A DNA stretch of 64,000 nucleotides, from the NCBI GenBank assembly GCA_964234715.1, contig OZ174278.1, one strand, 5' to 3'. The position numbers were made by a program, and so were the translations under genes. Shown in pieces: positions 1-13,229 of the stretch (the stretch's first letter is position 1; each line of letters begins with the position of its first letter). The notes under the pieces were generated by a model. That model was given only the letters and a program-made list of their open reading frames with translations. It had not been told where the DNA came from and did not search any database. This DNA comes from Podarcis melisellensis. Taxonomy: Eukaryota.

Positions 1-9
1 ATATGAATA

Positions 10-190
10 TTTATTTATTGCATTTGTTAATGCATTACATTTTTAGCACCTCTTGCCTCCAGTCTGCTTAGAGTGGTACACATGCTTCACACATTCCACT
101 TCAACAACAACCTTGTAAGAAGGTAAGAATGAAAGTTAGTGGCTGGTTTGAGGTCATCCAGTGGTTTGAAATCAGGTGCTCCAGTGCTCT
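10..190 (-). mobile_element. Degenerate MIR-like (tRNA/CORE) SINE
   Basis: caacaaccttgtaag...gaggtcatccag...tttgaaatcagg pattern, reverse complement of the SINE at 8565. Confidence 0.45.
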
Positions 191-192
191 AT

Positions 193-655
193 CTTTGTAT
201 ATAATTGTTATTAAATTTTCCATTTAAAATGCTCATTTTACATCCTTAAGATATCAATGACTTCCCTTCTTCTCTTTCCATGGTTCATTTTACATATCAT
301 AAATCCCTGCATATTTAACGCTGCCAGCATTTTCAGCTGCACACAATTATTTCCCCTATATTCAATAAATGTTTTCCAATCATCTTTAAACATATGTTCT
401 TCTTGTTCTCTTATTCTGTATGTTAAGTCTGCAAGTTGTGCATATTCTGTCAACTTAAGTTGCCATTCTTCTTTGGTTGGGTCCTTGCTCATTTTCCACT
501 TTGGGGCTAACAAAAAATAACCTTTTTGACACCTGGGAATTTGTCTGGGTTGTTTTTTTTTGGGGGGGGAGGACTTTAAAACTTTTATTCAATTCATTAT
601 GGATCATTTCCCAATACTCTTTTACCCTTTTACTAGTCCGCCAGCTCTATTATAC
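193..655 (-). mobile_element. 5'-truncated, decayed L1 3' end
   Basis: ORF 238-513 (LAPKWKMSKDPTKEEWQLKLTEYAQLADLTYRIR...DDWKTF) aligns by eye with the C-terminus of ORF 46348-47364 (LAKNWKTQDLPTLEEWQMQLMDYMQLAEMTGRIR...EDWKKF). Confidence 0.85.
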
Positions 656-769
656 CACATCTCCTTTTTCATCTTCATTGATATACAGCATTGGATGTAT
701 TGCTGAAACCTGCTTGCCAGGATTGTCTCCAGCTAAGGCAGGATGCCAGGTCTCAGCTTTTGAACTTCT

Positions 770-2065
770 TTTTTGGAGGCCAGGACATAGTCCTATAAAA
801 CAGCACATAGATGCCACCTTTGTTCAACGTGGACCATTATATGATGTATGATGATGACCTCTGTCATGAGAGAGATGGGGAAATGTGTCTCTCTTGATTC
901 TCCTTGACCTCTCAGTAGCTTTTGATACCATTAACCTTGGTATCCTTCTGGAGCAGCTGTCTGAGTTCTAGTCCTGTTTGTTTGGCCATTTCCAGAGGGT
1001 GATGCCTGGGGGGTGCTTTTTTTAGCCCTGTGGAACCTTCAATGTGGAGTTTCTCAAAATTCAGTTTTATCTCCTATGCTGTTCAACATCTATATGGAAC
1101 TGCTGAGTGGGGTTATTCAGAGTTTTAGAGTATGTTGTCAGCAGTATGCTGATGACACACACCTCTGCTTCTCCTTTGCATCTGCAGGTGTGGATATGCT
1201 GGACCATTGTCTTGCCTTGGTAATGGACTAGATGAGAGCCAAGAAACTGAAGCTCAGTCCAGATAAAATTGAGGCACTGTTAGTGGGAACCACTTCCCTA
1301 GACCGGATGGAAGGTTGCCTGCTTTTGATGGAGCTACCCTCCCTCTGAAGGAGTAGGTATGTAGCTTGGGGGTACTTCTTTCCAGTTGCTTAAGGCTCAG
1401 GTGGCCTCTGTGGCATGGAGTGCCTTCCATCAGCTTCAGCTAGTGGCCCAGCTGTGCCCCTATGTGGACAGGGATAGCCTAACTTCTGTTGTCTATGCTC
1501 TGCTGATCTCTGTTAGATTATTGCAACATGTTATATGTGGGGCTGCCTCTGAAGACAGTTCAGAAACTTCAGCTGGTGCAGAATTTGACAGCCAGGTTGC
1601 TCATTGGGGCAAGATGTTGCCAATTAGTTTCTGGGCCCAATTCAAAGTGCTGGGTTTTTACCTATAAAGCCTTGAACAGCTCAGGACCACAATACCTCAA
1701 GGACCGCCTCTCCCTATATGTATGAACTATCCAAGACCCTGCGACCAGCCCCTTCTTAATGTGTCTCCTCCACAAGAAATCTGAAGGGCTGCAACATGAG
1801 AACAGGCCTTTTCTGTGGTGGCCCCCCAGGGAGGCTTGGCTGGCAGCTTCATTACGTATCTTTAGGCATCAGAGAAAAATGTTTGTTTTCAACCAGGCCT
1901 TGGGCTGATTAATATTCTATGTCCTTTTAAATGCGTTTGTGAGAGGGGGGATTATTGGTTTGTGATTGTTTTTGTTTTTATTATGTATTTTTTGTTCTCC
2001 TCTTTTTACGTTGTTAGCCAGCCTGTAATCTTCAGCTGAAGGGTGGTAAACAAATTTAATTAATA
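770..2065 (+). mobile_element. L2-clade LINE fragment (RT to 3' end), frameshifted
   Basis: LLILLDLSVAFDTI near 890, GVSQNSVLSPMLFNIYM, QYADD at 1142-1156, KLQLVQN and FKVL motifs, AT-rich tail. Confidence 0.9.
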
Positions 2066-2973
2066 TACTACTACTACTATATAACTGGACATTTTGTTAT
2101 TGATACAAATACTGGCAGATGCAAATGACACATGCAAGTCTAAGTTGTGAGAGCAAAATGGAGATGGGGGGGTTAACAAAAGGGAAAGGGAAAGCCATTC
2201 TTCATTATGGTAAGTGTTACGGCCAATCTACTTCAAATGTTTCTTTAAAACTAAGTTAGATCTTGCCGAAGCCTTCCATAACACATAACAGTGAACATAA
2301 CCTATTCTTCAGTTGACTCCTCATCAAATCCCCCCCCCCCCATTTCTCCTTATTTGGCTTATAGTCAATTGTCATTTTGAATAATTGTAGATTTTAAAAA
2401 TTAATAAAAGCTGCTTTCCTTCCTTATCTTTTATGCAATACAATGTTATTCCGTTCAGTGGCATGGCAGTTCTAAGTGGGGAATAGGCAACTGGGAAATG
2501 CACCGATTTTTCATCCAAATGAGGAAATGATGGTGTTTGACTTCATCAGCCAAATGTTTGCTTTTGACAATCCAAAGGAAGGAGAGATCCTAATTCATCA
2601 GGGGAAACGAGCTGCTGGGCCTTAACTCTGAGCATCAGAAACAACAAGGCAAGTGGAGATTAGGTTTGTCGGTCCTTCTTCCTGTTCCGTTTACTGCACA
2701 GGAACTGGTGGTCACACTCTGATATGTCTCTGATATGTGGCAGGAATAGTTGTAGTAATTTTCGCAGGTTATCGTCTTCAAATGCCCCATCCTGTTTCTA
2801 CTAAGCATGTATGGTATAAAGAAATATCTAAACTCAACACTCCTCACTTTAACTATCCAAAAATATCCACATCGGTTTGTTTTAAATGCGCAAATTCCCA
2901 CTTAGTGAAGGCAAGCCACGGTGATGTAGTATTAGCTGCATGTTGACTAAACTTTGGGTTCAAATCCTTATTC

Positions 2974-3443
2974 ATTCATTATTATTATTAATAATAATAA
3001 ATTTTATTTATACCCCGCCCTCCCCAGCCAGTGCCGAGCTCAGGGCAGCTAACACCAGTAAAATTACAGTAAAAACATAATAGGAAAAAAACCTCAATTT
3101 AAAATACAGGTTAAAATGCAATTTAAAATGCAGCCTCATTTTAAAAGTAGCCCATAAATCAAAACCATAAGGGGAGGGAAACATAAGGGTCAGACTGAGT
3201 CCAAACCAAAGGCCAGGCAGAACAGCTCTGTCTTGCAGGCCCTGTGGAAGGATGTCAAGTCCCGCAGGGCCCTAGTCTCTTGTGACAGAGCGTTCTACCA
3301 AGTCGGGGCCAGTACTGAAAAGGCCCTGGCCCTAGTTGAGACCAATCTAACCACTTTATGACCTGGGACCTCCAAAATGTTGTCATCTGTGGACTTTAAG
3401 GTCCTCCACAGGGCATACCAGGAGTGGCAGTCCCAAAGGTACA
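2974..3443 (-). mobile_element. L2 3' fragment with (ATT/AAT)n tail, inserted into a MIR-like SINE (halves about 2915-2973 and 3444-3490)
   Basis: tttataccccgccctcccc tail signature. SINE head (ggtgatgtagt...gggttcaaatcc) lies on the left and SINE body (tctctcagcctaatttacc) on the right. Confidence 0.7.
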
Positions 3444-4133
3444 GTGAGTAACCTTAGGCTCGTCACTGTCTCTCAGCCTAATTTACCTTTCTTCTCAAAA
3501 GCTAGAGGCATGTCACCTCTCCAGCCTCTAATGGGTATCTCATTCCATTTCCAAATACTGAGAGAGATCCTCAGCTATCAGGAGACCATCTACTGTCATT
3601 AGCAGCCATTGATGAAACATCCACTGATCATCTCAGATGAAGCTATCTCCGACTATTAGCCAGCCAAAAATTTGACAAAAGAGATGACCAGCCAGCAGCT
3701 GCAATTCTAATTTGACTTTACTCAGCTGTAAACAATTTGCAATGAACCAAGCCTCATAATTATGGGAACAAAATCTACTTTTAGAAATCATTGTGAGCAG
3801 ATTTGAAAAGTTGTAGTTAGGCAGGTCCCACAGCCTTTTGAGTAATGAGGCCTTCTGTCTGACTGATATAATCGGAGCAGCGGGCTCTCAAGATTTCTCA
3901 GAACTCGGTAGCAAATGATTCGAAAATGCATACAGTTCAAGCTAGAAAAAGTCCTCCTCCTAATTATCTTGTGATTCATAACCAACCATTGAGATCCAAA
4001 TCTCATGGCTGAAGGTCAGATCTATGAATGGAAGAAGGGATATTCAGAGTAATGCAGCAAGTTTCTCCAAGAGTTGAAGCTCAAATTCTCAGTTAAGTAT
4101 TAGTACTCAGGTATGCAGGCTGCCACGTGCAGC

Positions 4134-4179
<46 letters not shown>

Positions 4180-4225
4180 TGATGATGATGATAATTTATT
4201 TATTATTTAGGGGTGTAAATAATAA

Positions 4226-4275
<50 letters not shown>
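4134..4275. repeat. Compound (AAT)n(GAT)n ... (ATT)n microsatellite in inverted arrangement
   Basis: Directly visible; the two arms flank a ggggtg spacer. Confidence 0.95.
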
Positions 4276-4570
4276 CCATCTGGCTAGGTTTTCCCAGCCA
4301 CTCTTGGAATATTAAAAGCACGATAATACATCAACCATTAAAAACGTCTCTAAACAGGATTGCCTTCAGATATCTTCTGAAAGTCAGATAGTTGTTTATT
4401 TCCTTGACATCTGATGGGTGGGCATTCCATAGGGCAGGTGCCACCACCGAGAAGGCCCTCTGCCTGGTTCTCTGTAACCTTACTTCTCACAGGGAGAGAA
4501 CTGCCAGAAGGCCCTCGGAGCTGGACCTCAGTGTCCGAGCTGAACAATAGGGATGGAGACACTCCTTCAA
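4276..4570 (-). mobile_element. L2 3' fragment
   Basis: ccatctggct...cccagccactct...gccttcagatatcttct...gaaggccctctgcc. Same family at 6472-6625 (-), 9893-10040 (+) and 21610-21695 (-). Confidence 0.8.
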
Positions 4571-4596
4571 CAGTTACCTCATCAAATGTGAAGGCC

Positions 4597-4772
4597 CTCA
4601 TTTGGTTAAAGCATGATGCTGATAATACCAAGGTTGCAGGTTCAATCCCTGTGTGGGACAGCTGCATAATCCTGCATTGCAGGGGGTTGGACTAGAGAAT
4701 CCTTAGAGTCCCTTCCAATTTGACTAGAGAATCCTTAGGTCCCTTCCAACTTTACAATGCTATTGTTCTATG
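4597..4772 (+). mobile_element. tRNA-Ile-derived SINE with CR1-type tail (about 30 bp of the tail duplicated)
   Basis: ttggttaaagcatgatgctGATaataccaaggttgcaggttcaatccc (A/B boxes), then gggttggactag...cccttccaac. gactagagaatccttag(a)gtcccttccaa occurs twice at 4690-4750. Confidence 0.8.
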
Positions 4773-7700
4773 CTTTTATGTGCAATCACGTACATATTTC
4801 TAAAGTGGTTAGAAGCAGTGGGCCACAGCAGCCTTTGGGTGATATATATGTATACCTGAGTACGAGTGAGAACTAAACAGCCCTCAGGGACCAACACTTT
4901 GGTTTGTGAGGACACTAGATTGGGCCCTTAATTATATATTGTAGTGTTTGGACCTTGCTGAAAAGAGTTCAGAAGGGAAAGCATAGTTCGAACAAACACA
5001 GGGAGGCTATTGGAAATACCCTGCGGTAAATGTGTATATGGTTCAAATGCCCAGGGTCACAACAGGCTTACAAAGGTCAAAAGAAAGTGTGTTTACTGAG
5101 ATAGCACTTGCAGAAGACGAGGCCCCTGCCATCAGTTGAGTTGCTTAAATTACCTTCCTGTCTCAGAAGCATCAGCAATCGCTAGTACACACCTTAAGCC
5201 CTCTTTGCTGAGCAGTTAGTTGGACATCTTTCCTCCCTGAGCTGAATGATCAGCATTTGTATGCATCTTCTCTGCATTCACATCAACAGCAGCCACCATG
5301 TCTTCAGGAATAAGCTTTTGCTACATTCCAGCTACAATCTTTATGCTTACAAGGCAGGAAGTGGAGACCAGATAAACTCTCAGAAGGTTTTATGAGAAAT
5401 AACTAATCCCTTTCAAGGTGGCTAACAATTTAAAAAATGCAATGCAGTATCAATAACCGTAACATCATTAAGGAAGCCGGCATTTATAATATACAGCCCC
5501 AAAATATTAAAATATAACACTTAACTGAAACCATCAGCAGAAGAATAAAACAACTCAAGAAAAAGTAATTGGAAGCAAATGAATCTTTTGGGCTGTCCTG
5601 AAAACTTGAAGTGACAGGACCTTTTGCAGTGTTGACGGTGGGGGATTGAAGAGCTGAGGTTTCACTGCAGAAAGGACTCTCTTTTCTGCTCACCAGCTGA
5701 AGTATTGTAAAATGTGCATATGAGGAGAGGAGGGTTCTCTGTTGTCAATCTTCAAGCGCAGGCAGCTGGTATGGGTGAAGGCAATCTTTCAGATATACTG
5801 AAGGCAAAACTGCAGAGAATAGTAAATACTAAACACTGCCATGGTTCATACACATCCTGTGGCATGAAGCCTGCGGTAAGAATAGCTCACAAAATAAACC
5901 TCCTGTGTTCTTTTAAAAACCGGCTGGTGGTGCTTCCTGGGATATGCTTAAAGCCTTTCTTTTGAATGCGATACCCCTGAAAGGCAGTTAAACACAGAAA
6001 AGAACTGGAAACCATATGATATTTGCAAATCTTGTGACACCTTGTTACAAAGCTTGTGGAATGCTCGGCAGCACATCCATAAACATCGAGTGCTTCTAAC
6101 GAGTACACATTTGCCCTTAAACCATAGCTTGCTGTCTAGAGATTAAACTGGAGTTTTTCTGTAGGGTTTTCTTCTGTGTGTTTTTCAGAAGTTTTGTTTA
6201 CTTTATCTAGGCAGAGTAGAACAAGTCACCGTATATGGTTAGTTATAAGTCAATTGTCTTTTCATCATGCACTGTAGGAGTTTGAATGAAAGTATGTTGT
6301 AGTTTTGGACCAAGGTTGTTGATCCGATGAGCCCCACAGGAAATATTCTGCACTAAGAGGAGGAAGTGAGTTAGGAGGCAGCTGAGCCTGGGGGAGTGGA
6401 GAGAAACAGAGAATATATCACCAAGACCCCCATCCCCTTGCAAAAGCAGCTGCCTGCCAAGAGGCACATAGTAATAACAATAACAACAATTTATTATTGA
6501 TATGCCACCCATCTGACTGGGTTGCCCAGCCACTCTGGGCAGCTTCCAACAAATTTAAAGAACATTAAGCCCAGTAAAGCCCAGCAAAACATCAAATATT
6601 TAAAACTTCCCTAAAATCAGGATTAGGCCCCACTGAGACTGTGCTACATCTGTCTGAGCAACTAGAACTGTCCAGGACACTCCCACAAGCCAGTATACTT
6701 TGCATGGGGGATAGAGAAAGGGAGGATATAAGCCAAGTCTGCTGGGAGCAGCAGGTTGCACCATTCAGAGGTGATCCAAAGGGCAGGAGCATAGTGTGGA
6801 GGGGCCAGGGGGCCATAGCCCCAGGTGCATAATTTTGAGGGGGGCACAAACCAGGATCTCTTTCCTGCCCTGCATGCTGCCAGGGGTCTCTGGGCTTGGA
6901 GCCCAGCCTGTCTCGCTGAGGGTCCCCAGCCCCCTCACTGAACAGCCGTCTGGCCAGCGTTGGATGGGCAGGCAGGGCAGCATGGCCTCACTTGGCTCTA
7001 GTGGCAAGGGTTGGGCTGGCACAGTGCCTCATGCCTTACCCTGGCAGCTGACAACACCACTGACAAAAGGGGGAACACCAAAAGATTATCTTCCTTGGGT
7101 CACTTCCTCAGGGTGGAGCCCCTTTGAATTTATTGGGCATGACTGTGCATTTGAACTTCTGTACTTTCCCCTCTCAGGCGAGTATTATGCGATTTCCTCC
7201 CTACTCTAGACCACTTCCAGTCTGAGAGGATGGAAGTAGCCTTTAGAAGTGCAAAAGAGAAGTGTTTCATATCCCTTGAGTGAGAGTCCTTTTAGTGTGG
7301 AACTGTGCCCTTCCTGGGTAGGAAACAGGAGACTAATTTTTTGCCCCCAGATGAGAGCTGGAGGTGGGTTAAGTCGGATATTACTGTGCAATAGGAATCA
7401 GCCAGATTAGCTAGTAGGGAAGAGGGCATGTTGGGTAAGCCTTGAATGCACTCTGCAGCTCAGAGGCATTCTTCAGATTTCAGCACAATGCAACTGCAAT
7501 AGGTAAAAACCAGAATAAATTCAGTTACAGAAACATAAAGGAGGAAGGCATGAATGCCAACATCCATTAGTGGATGTTCTTTATCCAAATGAATCACACC
7601 ATTGAAGTCAATCCATGGGTGAGTAATTGGTCTTCAGTTCGGGGAAGTGTTGCATGTTGCATCATGTACAGTAAAAAAGGATGAAATCAAATACCTCAAA

Positions 7701-8564
7701 GGGGGATATCAAAGTAAAGAGCAGATTTAAGAAAGAAATAGCCGGCCATGAACTCAGATTATGTGCTAAGTTAATATTTATAGAGCAGCAGTGCAGGCCT
7801 GAACTGGTCTGTCAGTCTTTTTTTTTTAATTTTCTTTTTACAAAATTGTACACACATAAATAAAAAAAAAAACATGGCATGACTAACAAAACAAAAAGGA
7901 GCCTCAGGAGGAGGAGGGGGGGGGGATAAAATACTAAACGTATTATTTTACAGTACCTGATAATGAGATGTTTACACTAAACCAGTAAGATGAGTTCTTC
8001 AGATACTTCTCATTCCAATAGGGCTATGCATATGTTATAGGTACACAGGTTCTTTGAAGGGCTGCTTGTGCCCATATATGTCTGCCTGTACTTTAAAATC
8101 AGTTGCATTGGCAAGTACTGAGGACAGCGCCTTCACAGTAGTGGCCCCTACCTTATGAAACAACCTTTCACGGATTCCTTTGCAGCAGCTGTGGCTTAAA
8201 TTTATTCCAAGCCTGACACCATAATGACAACACACCTGGTAAAGTTGGGTGTGGCTTACAAAAAAGAAAGAAAGAAAGGCTTAACGGGCCAACTGTGAGG
8301 CCTGGAAGCACTAGATGGGCCCCTTGGCTGGAGGTGCTACATCACTGTGTTATGGACTGTTTGATCTTTAGCACCTTTAACACAGTAGTGCAAATATATG
8401 CCACACAGATGGAAAGTCATACAGTCACCTAAGCTGTGAGAGAAGCAGGCTGAAAATTATGCAAGTATATCAGGAAGAATGTAACCCTTAGTTTGAACTA
8501 CAGAGTCATTCCATTTGTACTTTCTCCCCATTTTATTCACCCCCCAGTCCTCTTAAAAGTCACT

Positions 8565-8748
8565 ATAGTGAGGTGTAGTAGTTAGAATACTGGGCTAGGT
8601 CTGCAGAAACCCAGGTTCAAATTACTGTGCAGCTACAAACTATTGACTGGTCATTATCTTTCAACCTAAGCTACCTTGCAGGGTTTTTGTGAGGATAAAT
8701 GGGAGCTGGGCATGTACATCACCTCAGGCTACTTAAGGAAAGGTAGAA
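8565..8748 (+). mobile_element. MIR-like tRNA/CORE SINE
   Basis: ggtgtagtagttaga...ccaggttcaaat...cctaagctaccttgcagggtttttgtgaggataa. Similar copies at about 44465-44760 and 56290-56460. Confidence 0.65.
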
Positions 8749-8756
8749 CAAACAGT

Positions 8757-8911
8757 TCATAGAATCATAGAAATGTAGAGTTGGAAGGGACCCTGAGGAT
8801 CATCTAGTCCAACCCCTTGCAATGCAGTAATCTTGCCCACAGCCATCCCTGGGTGGGCTCAAACCACCAACCTTCTAGTTAACAGCCAGACACACTGACC
8901 CGGTAGGCCAC
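8757..8911 (-). mobile_element. tRNA-Asn-derived SINE with CR1-type tail
   Basis: Minus: gtggcctaccgggtcagtgtgtctggctGTTaactagaaggttggtggtttgagcccacccaggga, then gggttggactagatgatcctcagggtcccttccaactctac...ttctatgattctatga. Confidence 0.8.
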
Positions 8912-10040
8912 TTGAGGGTAGTTTCAACCCACCCCAAAATCAGTTCCTTAAGAAGCTAGCTGAAATGATGTAACACTTGCTTTTTCTTACAATGGATAGA
9001 ATGAGGGCACAGGCATCTTCTCCCCCCTTTTCCTACCTTTCTCAAATTGTTCAAAAACATCGCTAGCTTTACCTGTTCAACTTAGCTGGGGGTGGGAGGG
9101 AGGGAGGGATAGATAAATCATAACTTCTGTAACAGTTTCAATTTCAAAGAAATCAGATTGCCAGCTCACTGATTTCTATTCTATTCTATTCTGTTCTATT
9201 CGTCGGCCGAGTGGCCAAATGCTTGCAAGCGTTTTATGGTTCTGTCCGTACTTTCCAGGCGGCCTGTATGTCAGACCTCCTTTTGGAGGAGAGAATCGGT
9301 GACGATTTCAAGCTCTTAAGGAGCTCTGCCAGTGAGAACCGCATTCATTTATAATCTTGGGCAGTCAGAGTGATGTGGTGAAAGAAGAAAGCGAGGGAAA
9401 TGGGGCCAATTGGCTCCCGGGCTCCGACATGCTTAATAACTTCCTAGAGAAGGAAGGTATTTCTCCACCCTTCCTTCTTCATGCGCTTTAAAAGTTTTGA
9501 GTCCTGCTTGCTATACAGAATACACTGCGGTGTGCCTGAAAATCTGGGAAATTTCAACAATCCTTTCTCCCTCCAGAAAACTTGGGCGTAGGTGGGCTTA
9601 TAATGTATCCAGTCTGAACTACTTGAGGTTAAATGAACTCAAGTGAAATAGGAACAGCAAGGTGGAAAACAAAAAACATTTGCTTTGGATCCATGTGTCT
9701 TTTTTTGTCTTGTGCTTTTGATATTTCTATTTTTATATTCTCCACGATATTCTCAGTCACAAAGTGATAACATTGTGACATATCAAATGCCCCTCCCCAC
9801 AAAAAAACCACAATGGGAAAATAGAACCTAAAGATTAATCCAATCTGATATACTATGAGCAAACTCATTCTTAAAGTGTGAATCTTTATATACAGGGAAC
9901 CGGGCAGAGGGCCTTCTTGGTAGTGGCGCCCGCCCTGTAGAATGCCCTCCCTTCAGAAGTCAAGGAAATAAACAACTATAGTATCTGACTTTTAGAAGAC
10001 ATCTGAAGGCAGCCCTTTTCAAGGAAGTTTTTAATATTTG

Positions 10041-10169
10041 NNNNNNNNNNNNNNNNNNNNNNNNNNNNNNNNNNNNNNNNNNNNNNNNNNNNNNNNNNNN
10101 NNNNNNNNNNNNNNNNNNNNNNNNNNNNNNNNNNNNNNNNNNNNNNNNNNNNNNNNNNNNNNNNNNNNN
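10041..10169. other. Assembly gap (129 N)
   Basis: N run, adjacent to an L2 tail. Confidence 1.
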
Positions 10170-10553
10170 CTTTCCTCACACACCGGAGAAGCAGCAGGGT
10201 GTTAGGGATGGAGGAACCCCAAGGTATGCAGCTGTACAAAAAGTATTTGGGGGGGGGAGTGAGGGGGTTTGAAATCTGAAGTAAACAGAGAAAGTCCTAA
10301 ACAGCTCAATGAGGACTTAGTGACTGTGGAATGCTGAGAGGCTGTTAGGGATAGAAATCATGGAGGGAGGGAGAATAGAATGGCTTATCATGGAAAGATC
10401 ATGGCTAGCTGAAGGGAATACTGAGCAGGAGCACTCTGCACATTGCAAATTTATCACATTTGTAACACGAATAGCTACCACCACCGCTACATGAAGTTTC
10501 AGTTTCTTAAATGCTGAAAGGAAATAGGATAAAATAAACTCTTTCACCAATAT

Positions 10554-10559
10554 TTTATT
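10554..10559 (-). terminator. KCNJ15: Candidate distal poly(A) signal of KCNJ15 (3'UTR about 5 kb)
   Basis: AATAAA on minus, followed by U-rich ttttattttatcctatttcctttc, ending an AT-rich UTR-like tract. Confidence 0.35.
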
Positions 10560-11354
10560 GCTTGTCAAAATGTGTCTCCTTCAAGTTTACTTTCTGCCTT
10601 GCCCTTTTGAAAGTCTCAATTGATGTTTCAATTTTTCCATTGGCAATAGTTCCCAGACTCTTTCATATCAATTCCTAAAAGTATGGCGAAGGAGGACCTT
10701 TCTGTTGTTAACTAGCTGCAGTTGGTAGGGGAGTGATTGTATTTCCTCAAAATTTAAATGGGTGTATACATTTATCACTTTTGTATCATATCAAAAAGAT
10801 TTAAGCAGAAGAGTACTTGTGTGGAGTAATGATTTTGAGGCACAGAGGTTTTGCTTTTCCAGGAAAAGAAGATATACTTGTTGATCTTATGGTATGGTTT
10901 TAATTTAAGAGAACACACCATAAAATAGAGTGTACTGAATTCTTTCCCTATGATTTATCAAATATATTATTAGCAGAAAAAGCAAGTGGAAAAACAATGC
11001 AGCTTTAAATGGCATTTTAAAGATACATTCACTGGGATTTTTTCATAATCTATAAAAATAGAATGGACTTTTATCACAGAGTAGCCAGCAAAAACATATG
11101 TTCTTTGTAGATTGCACAATGCAATCTAATACTTTGTCTTTAATACACACACACACACACACACACACACAATTTGTTTTAATAACCTTGTATGACAAAG
11201 ATGCAATAAATCAAGCAACCAAGGCTAAATGGCAGTTATCTTCATTTCAAAGTAATGTTATTTTCATCACAATCAAAATGATTTTATTTACCTTAAACAT
11301 TTCAACACAGCTCCTCTTTGAGGCAAATAGCATATACCATTCATATATACTAAT

Positions 11355-11470
11355 GGTGGGCAATCTTTGGCTCTCCTGGTGTTGTTGGACCAAAGTTCCC
11401 ATTGGTCATGCTGTCTGGGGCTAATGGGAATTGGAGTCCAACAACATCTGGAGTGCCAAAGATTTCCACT
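11355..11470. mobile_element. About 120-bp palindromic hAT-like MITE family
   Basis: tgttggac...ccc/ggga...gtccaacaacatctgg fold-back. Further copies at about 20985-21110, 21365-21488, 38310-38435, 44560-44670, 50505-50640, 53430-53500 and 60920-61035. Confidence 0.7.
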
Positions 11471-13229
11471 CAAACGTTACTTGCATAAGTGGCTATCTAG
11501 CCTGTTAAAGTAATATAAGAGTGCTTAAAATGTGTGATGTTGCTGTGAAATAAATCTCTCTAAACCACCTACTGAGCAGTAGAGACTCTCAATAACTATG
11601 AGGAATAGCTCTAATAAAGAAATCTACAATGGTTCCTCCAATTCCCCTCTGGACTCAATCTGGAAGGCAAGTGAGGGAAACTGGTCCCCTCCTGTCACTG
11701 CTTACATTCGTCAAGTCAAGGAGATGCCTAGTGTTGATACTGGACTTCATGCAGGACTGTGGGCCCCATCACAGATGACCCTCAGGGTCCCTTCCAACTC
11801 TATGATTCTATTGATTAGCTATGAATCCCCACAGGTGTTTGATGATGTAACCCATGTCTGACACCAGCCCTGGGTTATGGTATGTGAGGTGGATGTGTTA
11901 CAAGAAATAGATACACTATCTAGGTTATCTTTTGGTACCTCCTGGACAGAATTGAGCTATTCCTTCAAACCTTAAAGCCTGCTTTACAAGAATACCTGGG
12001 GCTGGGCTTGCTTAAAAAAAAACACACCCCCAAAACCCCAGAGGTTTTCCAACTTCTTTAGACCAGTGGAAACATTTCTGTGTTGGAGACAGTGTTGTGG
12101 GCACCAGTCACAAAATGGCCGCAAGGGAGCATAGCATTACGCAACATGGCTGCCATGCGAGAGAGGGCATGGCATAATACAAAATGTGAGTACTGTCATG
12201 GTGAAGTTTTTCTCATAAATGGATTTGCATGCTAGAAAACCCTTGAATTCTTCTGTACAGCTGCTAATGGCACAAGAACCCTGTGTCCTCCAATGCTAAC
12301 TCAAAACCAAAGCCTGCTCAGCCATCCTCTATCCACTTACCTGGGAGTACGTTCCACTAAACACAAAGGCCCGGATTCAATTAACCCAGTGTGCTAGTGG
12401 AAGACAGCACAAGGACTCCTTTCCCATATCTCTTCCCTCCATGTGTTCTCATGTCTGCCCCAAATTCACCCTGGAGAACCCCCAGAACAACATGGAGGAG
12501 AGGGGTGATGGTTTCATCTGACAAGCAGAAATGCTTGCACTGATGGAATGATAATATTAGCACAATACTGAAGTCTTCCCAAAGAGACTTATTTCTGAGT
12601 AGACATGTAAGTTAACAGTGAATTCTTAAGTAGTGATTGGTCTTTAGCTCCTTAGGAAAGAAGCCCAAGCCTCTGCAAAGATTTCACATCTTGCATTTGT
12701 CATTTTTGTGCAGGAGGGGATCTTTAACATCCACCCACACTTCGTGTGTGGTAATATTTGAAGAAAATTAAGTACTTCTAGGGAACCCACCACAGGAAAG
12801 ATGTATCCTTGCTGAAGGGAATAAGTCCTTCCCCTAAAGGAGAAGGGAAAATAAGGACTCTAGGAATTCCTGTTACTATTGCCAAACAACTCACTTATCA
12901 ATCAGAGCCCTGACTGCACTCATTGCCTAAAAACACTGCTAGGTGGGAGCAACCAGGCTAATTCATTTCAGATAAATCTCTTAGAGGGGACCTGCACATT
13001 TTGCTTCATAAATTTCTTTCTACGAAGGATAGAGGCTTACTTCTTTAACATGAAAGCTCAGAGTCTGGGTGTGTCAAATGGAGACTTTCATGAATGCCAT
13101 GGCACTCTTGGGTGTTGGACTGGCAACCTCCGGGATGCAATCTATCAAAATAATTTTATCTGATAGGTGAACAGTAACAACAGGCTAACAGTTAAAAATG
13201 AATATTTGACAGCAAATGTTTCAGAAATC

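Noticed and set aside
4113-4391. ORF with poly-Ile/Met/Leu runs resembling a membrane protein
   Set aside because: It is a translation of the AAT/GAT/ATT microsatellites plus an L2 tail.
4940-5336. Possible LTR (tgtag...ctaca)
   Set aside because: No convincing TSD or other LTR hallmark.
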